NCBI GenBank assembly: GCA_038087875.1
Contig: CM075994.1
Coordinates: 3,536,001-3,600,000 of the forward strand
Origin: Malacoraja senta
Taxonomy: Eukaryota
Direction: 5' to 3'
Length of the DNA: 64,000 nucleotides
The notes beneath the pieces are model-generated. The model searched no databases. It had not been told where the DNA came from and worked only from the letters and a program-made list of their open reading frames with translations. Made by a program: the position numbers and the translations under genes. Below are positions 13,522-25,932 of this stretch, in pieces (position 1 is the first letter of the stretch; the number at the start of each line of letters is the position of its first letter).

Positions 13522-14893
13522 CAGACAATAGGTGCAGGAGTAGGCCATTCGGCCCTTCGAGCCAGCACCGCCATTTAATGTGATCATGGCTGATCATCCC
13601 CAATCAGTACCCCGTTCCTGCATTCTCCCCATAATACCCAGACTCTGCTATCTTTAAGAGCCCTATCTAGCTCTTGAAAGTATCCAGAGAAACGACCTCC
13701 ACCGCCCTCTGAGGCAGAGAATTCCACACTCACAACTCTGTGAGAAAAAGTTTCCTCGTCTTCGTTCTAAATGTCCAAACCCTTAATAATCTTATATGTT
13801 TCAATAAGACCCCCTCTCGTCACTCTAAACTCCAGAGTATACAAGCCCAGCCGCTCCATTCTCTCACCATATGACAGTCCCGCCATCCCGGGAATTAACC
13901 TTGTAAACCTATGCTGCACTCCCTCAATGGCAAGAATGTCCTTCCTCAAATTAGGGGGCCAACACTGCACACAATACTCCAGGTGTGGTCTCACTAGGGC
14001 CCTATACACTGCAGAAGGTCCTCGTTGCTCCTATACTCAACTCCTCTTGTTATAAAGGCCAACATGCCATTCGCTTTCTTCACTGCCTGGTGTTCCTGCA
14101 TGCGTACTTTCATTGACTGATGAACAAGGACCCTCAGATCCCGTTGTACTTCCCCTTTTCCCAACTTGACACCATTTAGATAGTAATCTGCCTTCCTGTT
14201 TTTGCTACCAAAGTGGATAACCTCACATTTATCCACATTAAACTGCATCTGCCATGCATCTGCCCACTCATCCAACCTGTCCAAGCAACATTTCAATTTG
14301 CTTTCTCACGGCTGGATAAAAGTTACTGTAGTGACTATGGCTAGAAGAAAGCAAGTTTAGATGTCACTTTGGGAACTAACTGAGTTTAGTGTTTTTTTAA
14401 GTTTTTAGATACAGAGCGGACCCGAGTCCGAGCCGACCAGTGATTCCCGCATATTAACACAATCCCACACACACTAGGGATAATTTACACTTATACCAAG
14501 TATACAACTCAAGCCAATCTTTGGAGCGTGGGAGGAAACCAAAGATCCCGGAGAAAACCAACGCAGTCACAGGGAGAACACACAAACTCCTTTCTCATGG
14601 CATCCTCCTCACAGTTCGCACTGCCACCCAGCTTTGTGTCATCTGCAAATTTGCTAATGTTACTGTGAATCACTTCATCTAAATCATTGATGTATATTGT
14701 AAATAGCTGCGGTCCCAGCACCGCCTTGCGGTACCCCACTAGTTACTGCCTGCCATTCAGAAAGGGACACATTAATCCCTACTCTGTTTCCTGTCTGCCA
14801 ACCAATTTTCTATCCATGTCAGCACTCTAACCCCAATACCATGTGCCCTAATTTTGCCCACTAATCCCCTATGTGGGACCTTATCAAATGCTT
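13522..14893 (-). mobile_element. CR1 (HER1-like) LINE, 5'-truncated, interrupted at 14286-14590
   Basis: ORF2 fragments YRALVRPHLEYCVQ, WQMQFNVDKCEVIHFG and LGPQLFTIYINDLD...SKFADDTKLGG, with a 3' UTR hairpin region near 13530-13600. Confidence 0.92.
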
Positions 14894-17349
14894 ATCAATA
14901 ATCCTGATCTCGACCTGCCAACAAGTCTAGTCTGAACCTTGTTGTACCCAAGCAGCGACTGCAACCACATCTTGCAACCACAACGTTAGCGACATTCAAT
15001 CAGTTGCACCGTACACATGGCCAGGAAGCAATCCGAATACCTGCTATCCAAGACTCAAGACCTGCGTAGCACATCAACGACCATCCCTCCCAGTGTCCGG
15101 AAAAGGGACATCCCTTGCTATTAATAGAGCAACACGCCTCACTATTTGGATCTTTGACTTAACGGTTCAGTAAATAGCAAAAAAAGGATTATGACAACAA
15201 ATATACTTTTTTTACAAAACTTAACCGAGGCTAGTGGGTGCATTGTCATATGTCTGCACAACAAAAGACAATATTGAATCTCCCAATTTCAGGTTATTAA
15301 AAACTGGATACAAGTACACCAGATACCCAAAGGAAAAAATATGCAGCCACTCTAGCAGGATTTATTTATCTAGCAAATAAAAATGACTTTACAACGAAGG
15401 TAGAGGCTCGATCGGTGTGGATTTAGCAGATTTTTGGAGGTACCAGTTGCACTTCAAATTTTTTGCACTACTGAAGTGACACTACTTCTACACACTCAAA
15501 TTTGGAGTAACTGTAACATCATCTACGGAATTGTGAAATTAAAGTCCACTTAGTCAGCAGAGAGGGTACCTGAAACCTCACAGTACTGTATGGAAAAAAA
15601 GTGAACACTTATTCTGTTACCTGGTACAAGTGACCTCTGGGATACATTTCTTGTCCAAGCCCACAGACTCTTAGCCAAACAATTAGCCACTGAATACAAA
15701 GAATGGAAGTACTGACAATATGCTGAATGGATTGAACAGTAGCAACATCTGTCAGATACACCTTCCAGGGCTTATTCTTTGATGCCATCACCACCTTTGT
15801 ACTAGGTAACAAACTGGGACAACATATTAGTGTGTATCCCATGTAGCTCAATGAATGCAAATTGACTATTGATTTCCTGATCAGCTTCTCATACAAGTCT
15901 AAAAGTATATGTCCATACAAAATGTGACTACAGCATGCATCCAACTGCCTCTCTATAATGAATAAAACTTAATAGGAAACGCTAGATTGAAATGGTGGGA
16001 CAAAGGTGTCACCTTTCTCAGAAGGGTACTTACATTATGACTAGATAGGAACGACCACAAAATAATTCACAAAAATTACAAATACCATTTCAAATTTCCA
16101 GAAAACTGTGTTTGTGTCTTGATCTTTATTAACTCTGGTCCTAATGATTGTGATGCACTCAATTTATTGATAGTTAAGATTCTTTTGCTTCATTGAGATG
16201 CAGTTATCTGCCCTTGTGTTTCACTGCAAGAAACTGCCTGGGAAAACAGTTGACATATACTTCATTACCTTACCCAACCCGCACCAAAGGTTTCCTTTGC
16301 TTCTCTCTTTAATATTCTCACGACTGACCAACTAGTTTATTGCAGCATGGAAATGGAGAGATATGGGAAGTGTCAGATTCAATGCTGCGAGTTAACCTCA
16401 CCCCGAGGAAAATCAGGCATGATATAACTGAGCTTGGAACATATCTGCTAGTGATGGAAGAAAAATAATTAAACAATACACCCAATCATATTCCCGAACC
16501 ATTGGAATGAGAGTTTCAGTATATTTATTGGTTTTCTTGTGCAATCCTTCACAGGAGTCAAACGGTTCCGCAAATTGCACTGATCTAGATTAGTGACACA
16601 GAGTACTGTTTAATTAAAGCTCAATGGGCTTTGCCAAAGACACGCAAAATGCTCTGTTCCTATTCCCAGACCCTAACTTCTGTTTGGCCTCCCCGCTACT
16701 GCTTCTCTTGCGCACTCTCCAACTTTTACTCGGTTTATATCAGGCTAGATCCTCTCCTCCTGTCAATACCTTCTCTCCCACAGTTCAGTTCTAAAACAGA
16801 CCTCACCCCATCAGTCTACCACTACCAGATTTTTGTCACATACTCTTACACGTTCTAACCTAATAGCATCCTACACAATGAGGCAATGTGCTTAACATTT
16901 TCTTGTCAAGATAAAAAATAAAACTTGGTGCATGGATTTGGCACCGGACAAAAAAAAAAAGCTCACTGTGGCTATATGGATTACTAGCCTTCCAGAATGT
17001 ATTTGGCATCAAATATCTGTTAATTCATGTAGTGCCTACCAGTGCCAAGTATAACCAATCAGATCTGCACTTTTAAATGCAGAATCACAGGCCAGCAGTG
17101 GGAAGACAATAATATTACAGCAAATTAAGGCCCAGAAACATTTCTGTGGGCATATGGGAACTGAAGGCTCGGTCCTTGATAGGAAAAAAAAGTGAGGATT
17201 CCACACCAGGCCAGCCAAAACCATAACCGTGCAGACTTGTCAACAATCCATGCACAATGATGGCAGCCTTTGCATCGGTCATAATATGTAAACCTAGAGT
17301 CCGTGGCCCACCAGCATGGTGACTGTGTCAACCGATGCTTTGTAATTCA

Positions 17350-19045
17350 CATAGAAACATAGAAAGTAGGCCATTCGGCCCTTTAAGCCTGCACCGCCTT
17401 CGAGCCTGCACCGCCATTCAATATGATCATGGCTGATCATCCAACTCAGTATACTGTAACTGCCTCCTCTCCATACCCCCTGATCCCTTTAGCCACAAGG
17501 GCCACATCTAACTCCCTCTTAAATATAGCCAATGAATTGGCCTCAACTACCTTCTGTGGCAGAGAATTCCAGATTCACCACCCTGTGTATAAAAATGATT
17601 TTCTCATCTCGGTCCTAAAAGACTTCCCTCTTATCCTTAAACTGTGACCCCCTAGTTCTGGACTTCCCCAACATCGGGAATAATCTTCCTGCATCTAGCC
17701 TGTCCAACCCCTTAAGAATTTTGTAAGTTTCTATAAGATCTTCTAAATTCTAGCGTGTACAAGCCGAGTCTATCCAGTTTTTCTTCATATGAAAGTCCTG
17801 CCATCCCAGGAATCAGTTTGGTGAACCTTCCATGTACTCACTCTATGGCAAGAATGTCTTTCCTCAGATTAGGAGATCAAAACTGTATGCAATACTCCAG
17901 GTGTGGTCTCACCAAGACCCTGTAGAACTGCAGTAGAACCTCCCTGCTCTTATACTCAAATCCTTTTGCTATGAATGTTAACATACCATTCGCTTTCTAC
18001 ACTGCCTGCTGCACCTGCATGCCTACTTTCAATGACTGGTGTACCATGACACCCAGGTCTCGTTGCATCTCCTTTTCCTAATCGGCCACCATTCAGATAA
18101 TAGTCTACTTTCCTGTTTTTGCCACCAAAGTGGATAACCTCACATTTATCCACATTATGCTGCATCTGCCATGCATTTGCCCACTCACCCAACCTATCCA
18201 AGTCACCTTGCAGCCTCCTAGCATCCTCCTCACAGCTAACACTGCCCCCCAGCTTCGTGTCATCCGCAAACTTGGAGATGTTGCATTCAATTCCCTCATC
18301 CAGATCATTAATATATATTGTAAATAGCTGGGGTCCCAGCACTGAACCTTGCGGTACCCCACTAGTCACTGCCTGCCATTCTGAAAAGGACCCGTTTACT
18401 CCTACTCTTTGCTTCCTGTTTGCCAGCCAGTTCTCTATCCACATCAATACTGAACCCCCAATACCATGTGCTTTAAGTTTGCATACTAATCTCTTATGTT
18501 GGACCTTGTCGAAAGCCTTCTGAAAGTCCAGATATAACACATCTACTGGTTCTCCCTTATCCACTCTACTAGTTACATCCTCGAAAAATTCTATAAGATT
18601 CATCAGACATGATTTACCTTTCATAAATCCATGCTGACTTTGTCCAAGAAATTCACCACTTTCCAAATGTGCTGCTATCCCATCTTTAATAACTGACTAG
18701 CATTTTCCGCACTACCGATGTTAGTAGACTGCTCTGTAATTCCCCGTTTTCTCTCTCCCTCCCTTTTTAAAAAGTGGGGTTACATTAGCTACCCTCCAAT
18801 CCTCAGGAACTACTCCAGAATCTAAAGAGTTTTGAAAAATTATCACTAATGCATCCACTATTTCTGGGGCTACTTCCTTAAGTACTCTGGGATGCAACTT
18901 ATCGGCCCTGGGGATTTATCGGCCATTAATCCATTCAATTTACCTAACACCACTTCCCGGCTAACCTGGATTTCACTCAGTTCCTCCATCTCATTTGACC
19001 CTCGGTCCCCTGCTATTTCCGGCAGATTATTTATGTCTTCCTTAG
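17350..19045 (-). mobile_element. CR1 (HER1-like) LINE, 5'-truncated, with a largely intact RT segment
   Basis: ORF 17956..18666 has QHGF..GKSC, YLDFQKAFDKV, GVPQGSVLGP and FADDTK motifs. Ends in a (catagaaa)n 3' tail. Confidence 0.95.
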
Positions 19046-19096
19046 TTCCTCACGTTCATAGAGTACCATAGGAGGCTGACGTTCCAGAGCTTTATA

Positions 19097-19585
19097 AAAC
19101 ATAGGAGCAGAATTAGGCCATTCAGCTTATCACGTCTACGCCACCATTCAATCATGGCGAACCTCTTTCCCTCTCAATCCCATTCACCTTTTTTCCCGCC
19201 GTAACCTTTGACACTAACTAATCAAGAACCTGTCAATCTCCACTTTAAAATTCATTAAAAGACTTGGCCTCCACAGCCATCATTGGCAATGAATTCCAAG
19301 ATTCACCACCGACAGGCTAAGAAATTCCACCCAATCTTTCTAACGTGCTTTTATTTTAAGGCTGTGCTCGCTGGTCCCAGAATCTCTCACTGGTGGAAAC
19401 ATCCTTACTGCATCCACTCTATCCAGGCCTTTCATTATTCGGTAGTTTTCCATGCCATCCCCTCTCATCTGCTGAACTCTAGCAAGTACAGGCTCTGAGC
19501 CACCAAACGTTCATCATACATAAACACATTCATCCCCAGCATCATTCTCGTAAACCTCCTCGGGACCCTCCCCAACACCAGCCAA
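19097..19585 (-). mobile_element. Older CR1 3' fragment adjoining the RBM4 post-stop donor
   Basis: ataggagcagaattaggccattcagc...aatgaattccaagattcaccacc, similar to the other CR1 3' ends. Confidence 0.75.
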
Positions 19586-19631
19586 TGACAATACAAATGC
19601 ATTCCCAATGTTAAACAATCCTCACCTTAAG

Positions 19632-20329
19632 TTAGTATGTGGGGTACTGAGCACGAGGGTACTGGGCGGCAGCAGCAGCAGAGTACTGCGCGGCAGAGTA
19701 CTGAGCAGCAGAGTATTGAGCAGCAGAATACTGCGCGGCAGTGTACTGTGCTGCTGAGTACGGAGCTGCAGAGTACTGAGCGGGAGCGTACGCATCCCTC
19801 GCGGCAGTATTTGTATGGTCATACGCAGATGGAGAAAGCCCACCGCGCTCGAACCCATATCCACTGCCCACAGCAGACATGGACGCTTGCCGTCGTATAG
19901 GGCTCCTGTCGCGACCGTAATAGGTAGAGGGAGTCGACAATGGCCGCCGCTCGTATAGGTTTACCGCACCGGGGATACGTTCTCGCAGGGAAGTGCCAAG
20001 TGCCGGATATTGTGCTGTTTGTCCATAAGGATCTCCGACTGCTCCATATGATCCTGCCCGATAATTCTCGTAGTAGTCGGCGGCCCCGTATCGCTCATCG
20101 TATAGAGGGCGGTCTCCATACCCAGCTATGGGGCGCGCGGTCATCGAAAAAGGATCTAGGTAATCGCGTGAGAAGTTGCCATCAAAACTGCTTTCGAGAC
20201 CACCTTGATCTTTGGGACACTCTTTAGACCAGTGGCCTTCTTTACCACACCGGAAACAGCCGTTTTTTTCGCCCATCCCAGGTTGCATCCGCAGCCGACT
20301 CTTGGACAGTTCAACTTGCAGCCGTTTGC
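19632..20329 (-). CDS. RBM4: RBM4/Lark-like last coding exon (CCHC zinc knuckle, Tyr/Ala-rich C-terminus, stop), copy 1
   Basis: Acceptor tccttttaaAG|GC AAA CGG joins in phase 1 to give [39 protein letters not shown]. Contains the RBM4-type RDRSPIRR motif. Stop TAA at 19632-19634, followed by donor AG|GTGAG at 19625. Confidence 0.93.
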
Positions 20330-21004
20330 CTTTAAAAGGAGATGCAATACAATATCAGTATGAAGAACATTAACCAGATGCACTGGCTGAAACATCAGCA
20401 TCAATAAGGATCTTTGCTTTGCTTGTCATACAATACAAAGACATCACATCTTAACTAACACAGGACATAATCACTGTATATCTGAACCAGGCCTGGAAGT
20501 GCAAAGCTCATTTCTTGAGCAGTGATGACTTGGCTTTTTTTTAAAGCCACAGCTTATCCACAAGATTACTGGCTTCCGTGATAGCTCTCAGCTGTGGAAT
20601 GCAAAAGTCATAATTAAAGTGTGGAAAACATACACTTGCTCATTGGGAAATAAAAAGTTGGAATATTTGATCCAAATACAATTACGTTCAGTTGTCAATG
20701 AACAATGGGTGCCGAGTTAACTTTTTGCAAAACAGTCATGCACAAATAAAAAGTAACCCAATGCTCGTTACAAAGGATACAGAATATGAAATCAGTTTCA
20801 GTAATGCAATTATAGAGTTAATTGGATTTAATGTAGCTCACTATTTTTTTGTTAACCACAATAAAGTTTATTACCAAGTAAGGAAACCTTCTGCCCAAGC
20901 TTCATTGTTGTTTACATAATTATTGTGGATTAGAAGGTAACCCAATAGAATATTGTTAGCAGTTTTAATAAATTTCACAGCATTTTGGCTATTTAATATG
21001 AATT

Positions 21005-21300
21005 AGAGGTAGCAGTGGCACAGTTCGTGGAGCTGCCGCCTCCTAATGCTACAAACACAGGTTGAATCCCGACTTCAGATGCTGTTGGTGGGGGAAGATG
21101 CATTCTCCTTGTGTCTGCCTGGGTTTTCTCTGATTTCTCTGGCTTCCACCCACATCCCCAAGAATGGTTGGTAGATAGATTGGCTACAGTAAATTACCCA
21201 TAGAGAGTAGGTGAGCGATAGTAAAAATAGTCATTAATCTAGGATTACTGTAACTGGGTGGGCCAAAGGTCCCATTTCTGAGCTACATGACTTCATAAAC
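21005..21300 (+). mobile_element. Degenerate V-SINE
   Basis: gcagtggcacag...ggttgaatcccgac...gggttttctctgatttctctggcttccacccacatccc. Confidence 0.7.
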
Positions 21301-21578
21301 TCAATGTCTGGAAACAGCTGTGGAGTTGTTCACTTACTTCGCCAGGCAATTGCACCAAGAAACACATTACTTCACATTACTTCACAGACAGGGGAAAATT
21401 GAAGGTGTACACATGGATTGTTTCTTTGCAGAAACAGTCATTCAGCAACTCAGGATAGGAAGGACCTGCAGATATTGGTTAAAACCGAAGATAGACAAAA
21501 AATGCTGGAGTAACTCAGCCATTCCTTCTACCCAGAGATGCTGCCTGTCCTACTGAGTTACTCCACCATTTCATGTCT

Positions 21579-22188
21579 TTTTTTTAAAAATATTTTTATT
21601 TTATTAGAAGTACAATTGTATACAATCATATTTTCATACCTTTTATGTACAGCTTCTTATTTTAAAAAAAAATTTGAAATAAAGTAGAAAAAGAAAAAAG
21701 TTAGGTAATGAAAAATAGAAAAATGTGAGATATATAGTGTGTGAAAAAGAAAAATAAAGAATGAAAAAAGAAAGTTGAGACATAGAAAATAGAAGAAAGA
21801 GAATAAAAGAAGAGAAGAGAAGAAAAGAAAATAGAAGGAGATCATTTATAATCTTGACCATCCGCAGGCACGGATTAGCTTTTACACCTGTTTTGCACCA
21901 TATGTTTCCAAAAAGACGACAAATGGAGACCAACTCGTTATGAATTGGTCAAATTTATCTATTAGGAGGAATCGCATTTCCTCAAGATGTGCGGTATCCA
22001 ACATACTTGCAATCCACATTTTGAGCGTTGGTATTGGTGTATTTTTCCAAAATTTCAATATTAATTTTTTTGCTATTATTAAACCATAATTAAAAATTGA
22101 CTTTTCAGATGAGCTCAATTTGTTCCCGTCTTCCATTACCCCAAATATAATCAATTCATTATTGGGTTCCATTTTTGTCTTAAATAAT
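21579..22188 (-). mobile_element. L1-clade LINE 3' end (ORF2 C-terminus, 3' UTR, polyA) with TSD
   Basis: ORF 21882..22172 (IIAKKLILKFWKNTPIPTLKMW...KFDQFITSWSPF) is typical of an L1 ORF2 terminus. Has AATAAA and polyA. Flanked by tttcatgtct at 21569-21578 and 22189-22198. Confidence 0.85.
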
Positions 22189-22279
22189 TTTCATGTCTAA
22201 ATCAGGGTATATCAGAGTAAAGCTGCTGGACTAATATCCAAAGGCCTGGACCATCAGGTAGTCAGAACCAAATGTGCAA

Positions 22280-22560
22280 CACTAGAGGGCATAGCTATAA
22301 GATAAGGAGAGGTTTAATGGAAATGGGAAACGATTCTTTTTTTTTTTTTTTTTTAAACAGTGGTGGGGGCCTGGAATGCACTGCCAGAGGTGGTGGATGC
22401 AGATCCAATAGGGGCATATGAGGTGTTTTCAGATAGGGACATGGAAGGGCAGGGAATAGAGGGATTATGGATCACATGCAGGCAGATGAGATCTGTTTAA
22501 CTTGGCATCAAGCTCAGCAGAATCATTGTGGTCCATGTGCTGTACTGTTCTTCATTCTAT
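22280..22560 (+). mobile_element. CR1-type LINE 3' fragment
   Basis: actagagggcatagctataagataagg...gcctggaatgcactgccagaggtgg. Confidence 0.7.
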
Positions 22561-23709
22561 GGACTGTTGATACAGAGGGGCAATATCAAATCGCTTCATG
22601 GCAGACAAATAAAGTATTGCTACCACAAAATACAAGATAGTTATTAAACAAAATGCAATTCACAAATATCTTCCATGAAAGGAACATGCGTTTACATAGA
22701 CAGTTTGCAATTTCAGTCTCTGGGTAATGCAGTTCATTTTTCATTGTACTCTTGTCCAGCTTAACTCTTAGTTCAGGAGATAACCAGAGATGGATGATAA
22801 ATAGTACCCAGAATTCATGAAAACAAGAACCTAACGTTCAACAAATAGGGGATAGCCTGTGTCATGAACTAAACAAAACCTTCCAGGAGAGCCACTGGTA
22901 ATATTGACATTAGAACTAAGGAGTTAGGTTGCTCATAGTCACAGCTAACGATCTTATTGAGTAAACTCCGATTTCCTTATTAGAGTAGGTCATTTTTCTA
23001 ACACTAGTCATATTGCTCAACCAACATAGGCAACCCAAATTAATGGTACAAAACCTGTGTACTCAATAGTATTCCCCACAAAAACAAGTGATTCGGCAAA
23101 GAAGATGAATACAGCAATCAATATGACAGTGCACAGACAGTGAATAGTTTAAGGTGGTTGTAAAGAGATGCAATCCGCTATATGAACTGTTTTAACATAT
23201 TCAGGTGCACATCTGATCCTATTGCAGTCGTCCATCAAACATAGAATATCCATTTAGACACGAAAGCATCAGCAAAGAATTCTGGCCTCTGTTGTTCCAA
23301 ATAGGAGTTACACCGAAAAAGAATTTGAACACTGAGCATGCATGGTGGATGCAATTGGAAGGGTTACATTAGGAGAGAATATAGCAGGCCATTTCCCTCA
23401 CCCAACATCAACGTCTAGCTTCAGAATGTTCTCTGTTCCACTGCCAATCCACTAAGTTCACCTACTGCATGGCCACCTCATAATGTCCATCAGAGGGTTT
23501 ATCCGCCGAAAAAAAACCCAGATATCCCCAGACCAATTAATTCCCTGCCGTCAACAACCTTTATTTTCCAAATCTCAAAAACACATCATAAAGTAATCGA
23601 AAAAAATCAAGAGATCAGTCCAAAGATCCACCATCATCCACATTCAGTCATGAATTGAGGACAATGAAACAGTTAACAGGGAGGTGGCTCCAGGCATATC
23701 CATAACCCG

Positions 23710-24670
23710 AGATAGACACAAAATGATGGAGTAAGCAGGACAGGCAGCATCTGTGTCTGAAGGTGATGTTTCGGGTCGGGACTGCTCTTCAGACTGTCAG
23801 GGGAGTGGGTGGGACAGAGATAGAATGTAGTCGGCAACATTATGACTAGTTGGAGAACTGGGAAGCGGGAGGGGATGGAGAGCAGGGGCTGTTTGAAGTT
23901 AGAGAAGTCAATGTTTATACCGCTGGGGTGTAAGCTACTCATGCAAAATATGAGGTGCTGCTCCTCCAATTTGCGTTGGGCCTCACTTTGACAATGAAGG
24001 AGGCCCAGGACAGAAAGGTCAGATTGGGATATCGAGGATCCCGTAGCTTCGCTCTTGCTCCCCCTCCCCCCCCATTCGCAACAAGGAGAGTCCCCCTTTT
24101 CCTCACCTTCCACCCCATCAGCCGTCGCATACAGCATATAATCCTCCAACACTTTCGCCAACTACAAAGGGATCCAACTATTGGCCACAGCTCCCCATCT
24201 TCACCCCTTTCTGCTTTCCGCAGAGACTGTTCCCTCCGCAACTTTCTCGTCAACTCGTCCCTTCCCACCCCAACCACCCCCTCCCCAGGTACTTTGCCCT
24301 GCAACTGCAGGAGATGTAACACCTGTCCCTTTACCTCCCCCGTTGACTCCATCCAAGGACCCAGAGTCTTTTCAAGTGAGGCAGAGGTTCACTTGCACCT
24401 CATCTACTGTATCCGCTGTTCCTGGTGTCAACTTCTGCACATCGGCGAGACCAAGCGCAGACTCGGCGATCGTTTCGCTGAACACCTCCGCTCAATCCGC
24501 CTTAACCTACCTGATGTCCCGGTTGCTCAGCACTTTAACTTCCCCTCCCATTCCCAATCTGACCTTTCTGGCCTGGGCCTCCTCCATTGTCAGAGTGAGG
24601 CCCAGCGCAAATTGGAGGAACAGCACCTCATATTTTGTTTGGGTAGCATCTGCAGTTCTTTCCTACACAT
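23710..24670 (+). mobile_element. Penelope-like retroelement fragment (GIY-YIG endonuclease) with inverted terminal duplication
   Basis: ORF 23955..24683 has RVPLFLTFHP, PCNCRRCNTC, LIYCIRCSWCQLLHIGETKRRLGDRFAEH and VAQHFN. Positions 23710-24030 hold an inverted copy of the 3' end. Confidence 0.9.
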
Positions 24671-25395
24671 ATTACTAACCTAGCCAGATGTACGGCTCAG
24701 AACCAGTGTTAAATGCAAAACAAAATAATAAATGGTTAGAAAGGAACTGCATATGCTGGTTTACACCGAAGATCGACACAACATGCTGGAGTAACTCAGA
24801 GGCCCTTCTGAAAAACTAAATTGATGTGTTGCGACATACTTCAGTCAGAAATATCAAGAGGATGAGGCACCTAGACTTCCTTCAGTAAATCTTTGCCAGA
24901 GAAGTCAATCTTCATACAAATCAACTCACTCCGAAGCCTGTCTGTAAATGGCAGAGAGCAGCCGAGAAAGAAAAAGCTAAGGCACAAGACCATCTGTGAT
25001 GGTGTGATTGTAGAGCACCAAATGTCATCTTGGCACCAACTCTGCAACCAAAACTGCAATACAGCTTACACAAAGTATTTTGATGGGGAGAGGAGACAAA
25101 ACCACCAGTGCTGAAAGGAATAGCGTATGGAATAGTCTGAAGAAGGGTCTCAACCCAAATATTCTTTCTCTCCAGAGATGCTGCCTATCCTGCTGAGTTA
25201 CTCCGGCATTTTGTGTCTATCCTCAATTTAAACCAGCACCTGCAGTCCTTTTCGATGCAGTGCTTACGGAATGTACTGTACGCACCAGAAAATGTTTAGA
25301 GAAGCCAAGTCAATAGCTTTTTCTCAATAAATACCATGAAAACAAATTACATGGACACTACATTGACATGGATACCAACAAATTACATGGATACT

Positions 25396-25932
25396 ACACT
25401 GCAATTTTGGTCCCCTAATATGAGAAAGGACATTCTTGCTACTGAGGGAGTGCAGCAAAGGTTCACAAGGTTAACTCCCGGGATGGCAGAAATGTCATAT
25501 GCAGCGAGAATGGAGCAGCTGGGCTTGTATACTCTGGAATTTAGAAGGGTGAGAGGGGATCTTATTGAAACATAAGATTAACGGTTTGGACACACTTGAG
25601 GTAGGAAACATGGTCCCGATGTTGGGGGAGTCCAGAACCAGGGGCCACAGTTTAAGAATAAGGGGTAAGGCATTTAGAACGGAGATGAGGAAACACTTTT
25701 TCACACATAGGGTTGTGAGTCTGTGGAATTCTCTGCCTCAGAGGGCGGTGGAGGCCGGTTCTTTGGATACTTTAAAAAGAGTGCTTGATAGGGCTCTTAA
25801 AGATAGCGGAGTCAGGGGATATGGGGAGAAGGCAGGAACGGGGTACTGATTGTGGATGATCAGCCATGATCACAATGAATGGCGGTGCTGGCTCGAAGGG
25901 CCGAAGAGCCGACTCCTGCACCTATTGTCTAT
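25396..25932 (+). mobile_element. CR1 LINE 3' fragment
   Basis: Encodes QFWSPNMRKDILATEGVQQRFTRL...RGHSLRIRG...WNSLP and ends ctcctgcacctattgtctatt. Confidence 0.92.

Noticed and set aside
21643..21933. Phe/Leu-rich membrane-protein-like ORFs
   Set aside because: They translate the T-rich 3' UTR of the L1 fragment.
24871..24941. Possible cryptic exon (acceptor ...ctctctgccatttacAG, reading DRLRSEL...KEV-stop)
   Set aside because: It is short, has no convincing donor or polyA signal, and such acceptors are expected by chance in a 13-kb intron.
25340..25401. Short direct repeat aacaaattacatgga(c/t)actaca(t/c)tg at the 5' junction of a CR1
   Set aside because: It has only two copies and is best explained as an integration or slippage scar, with no evidence of function.
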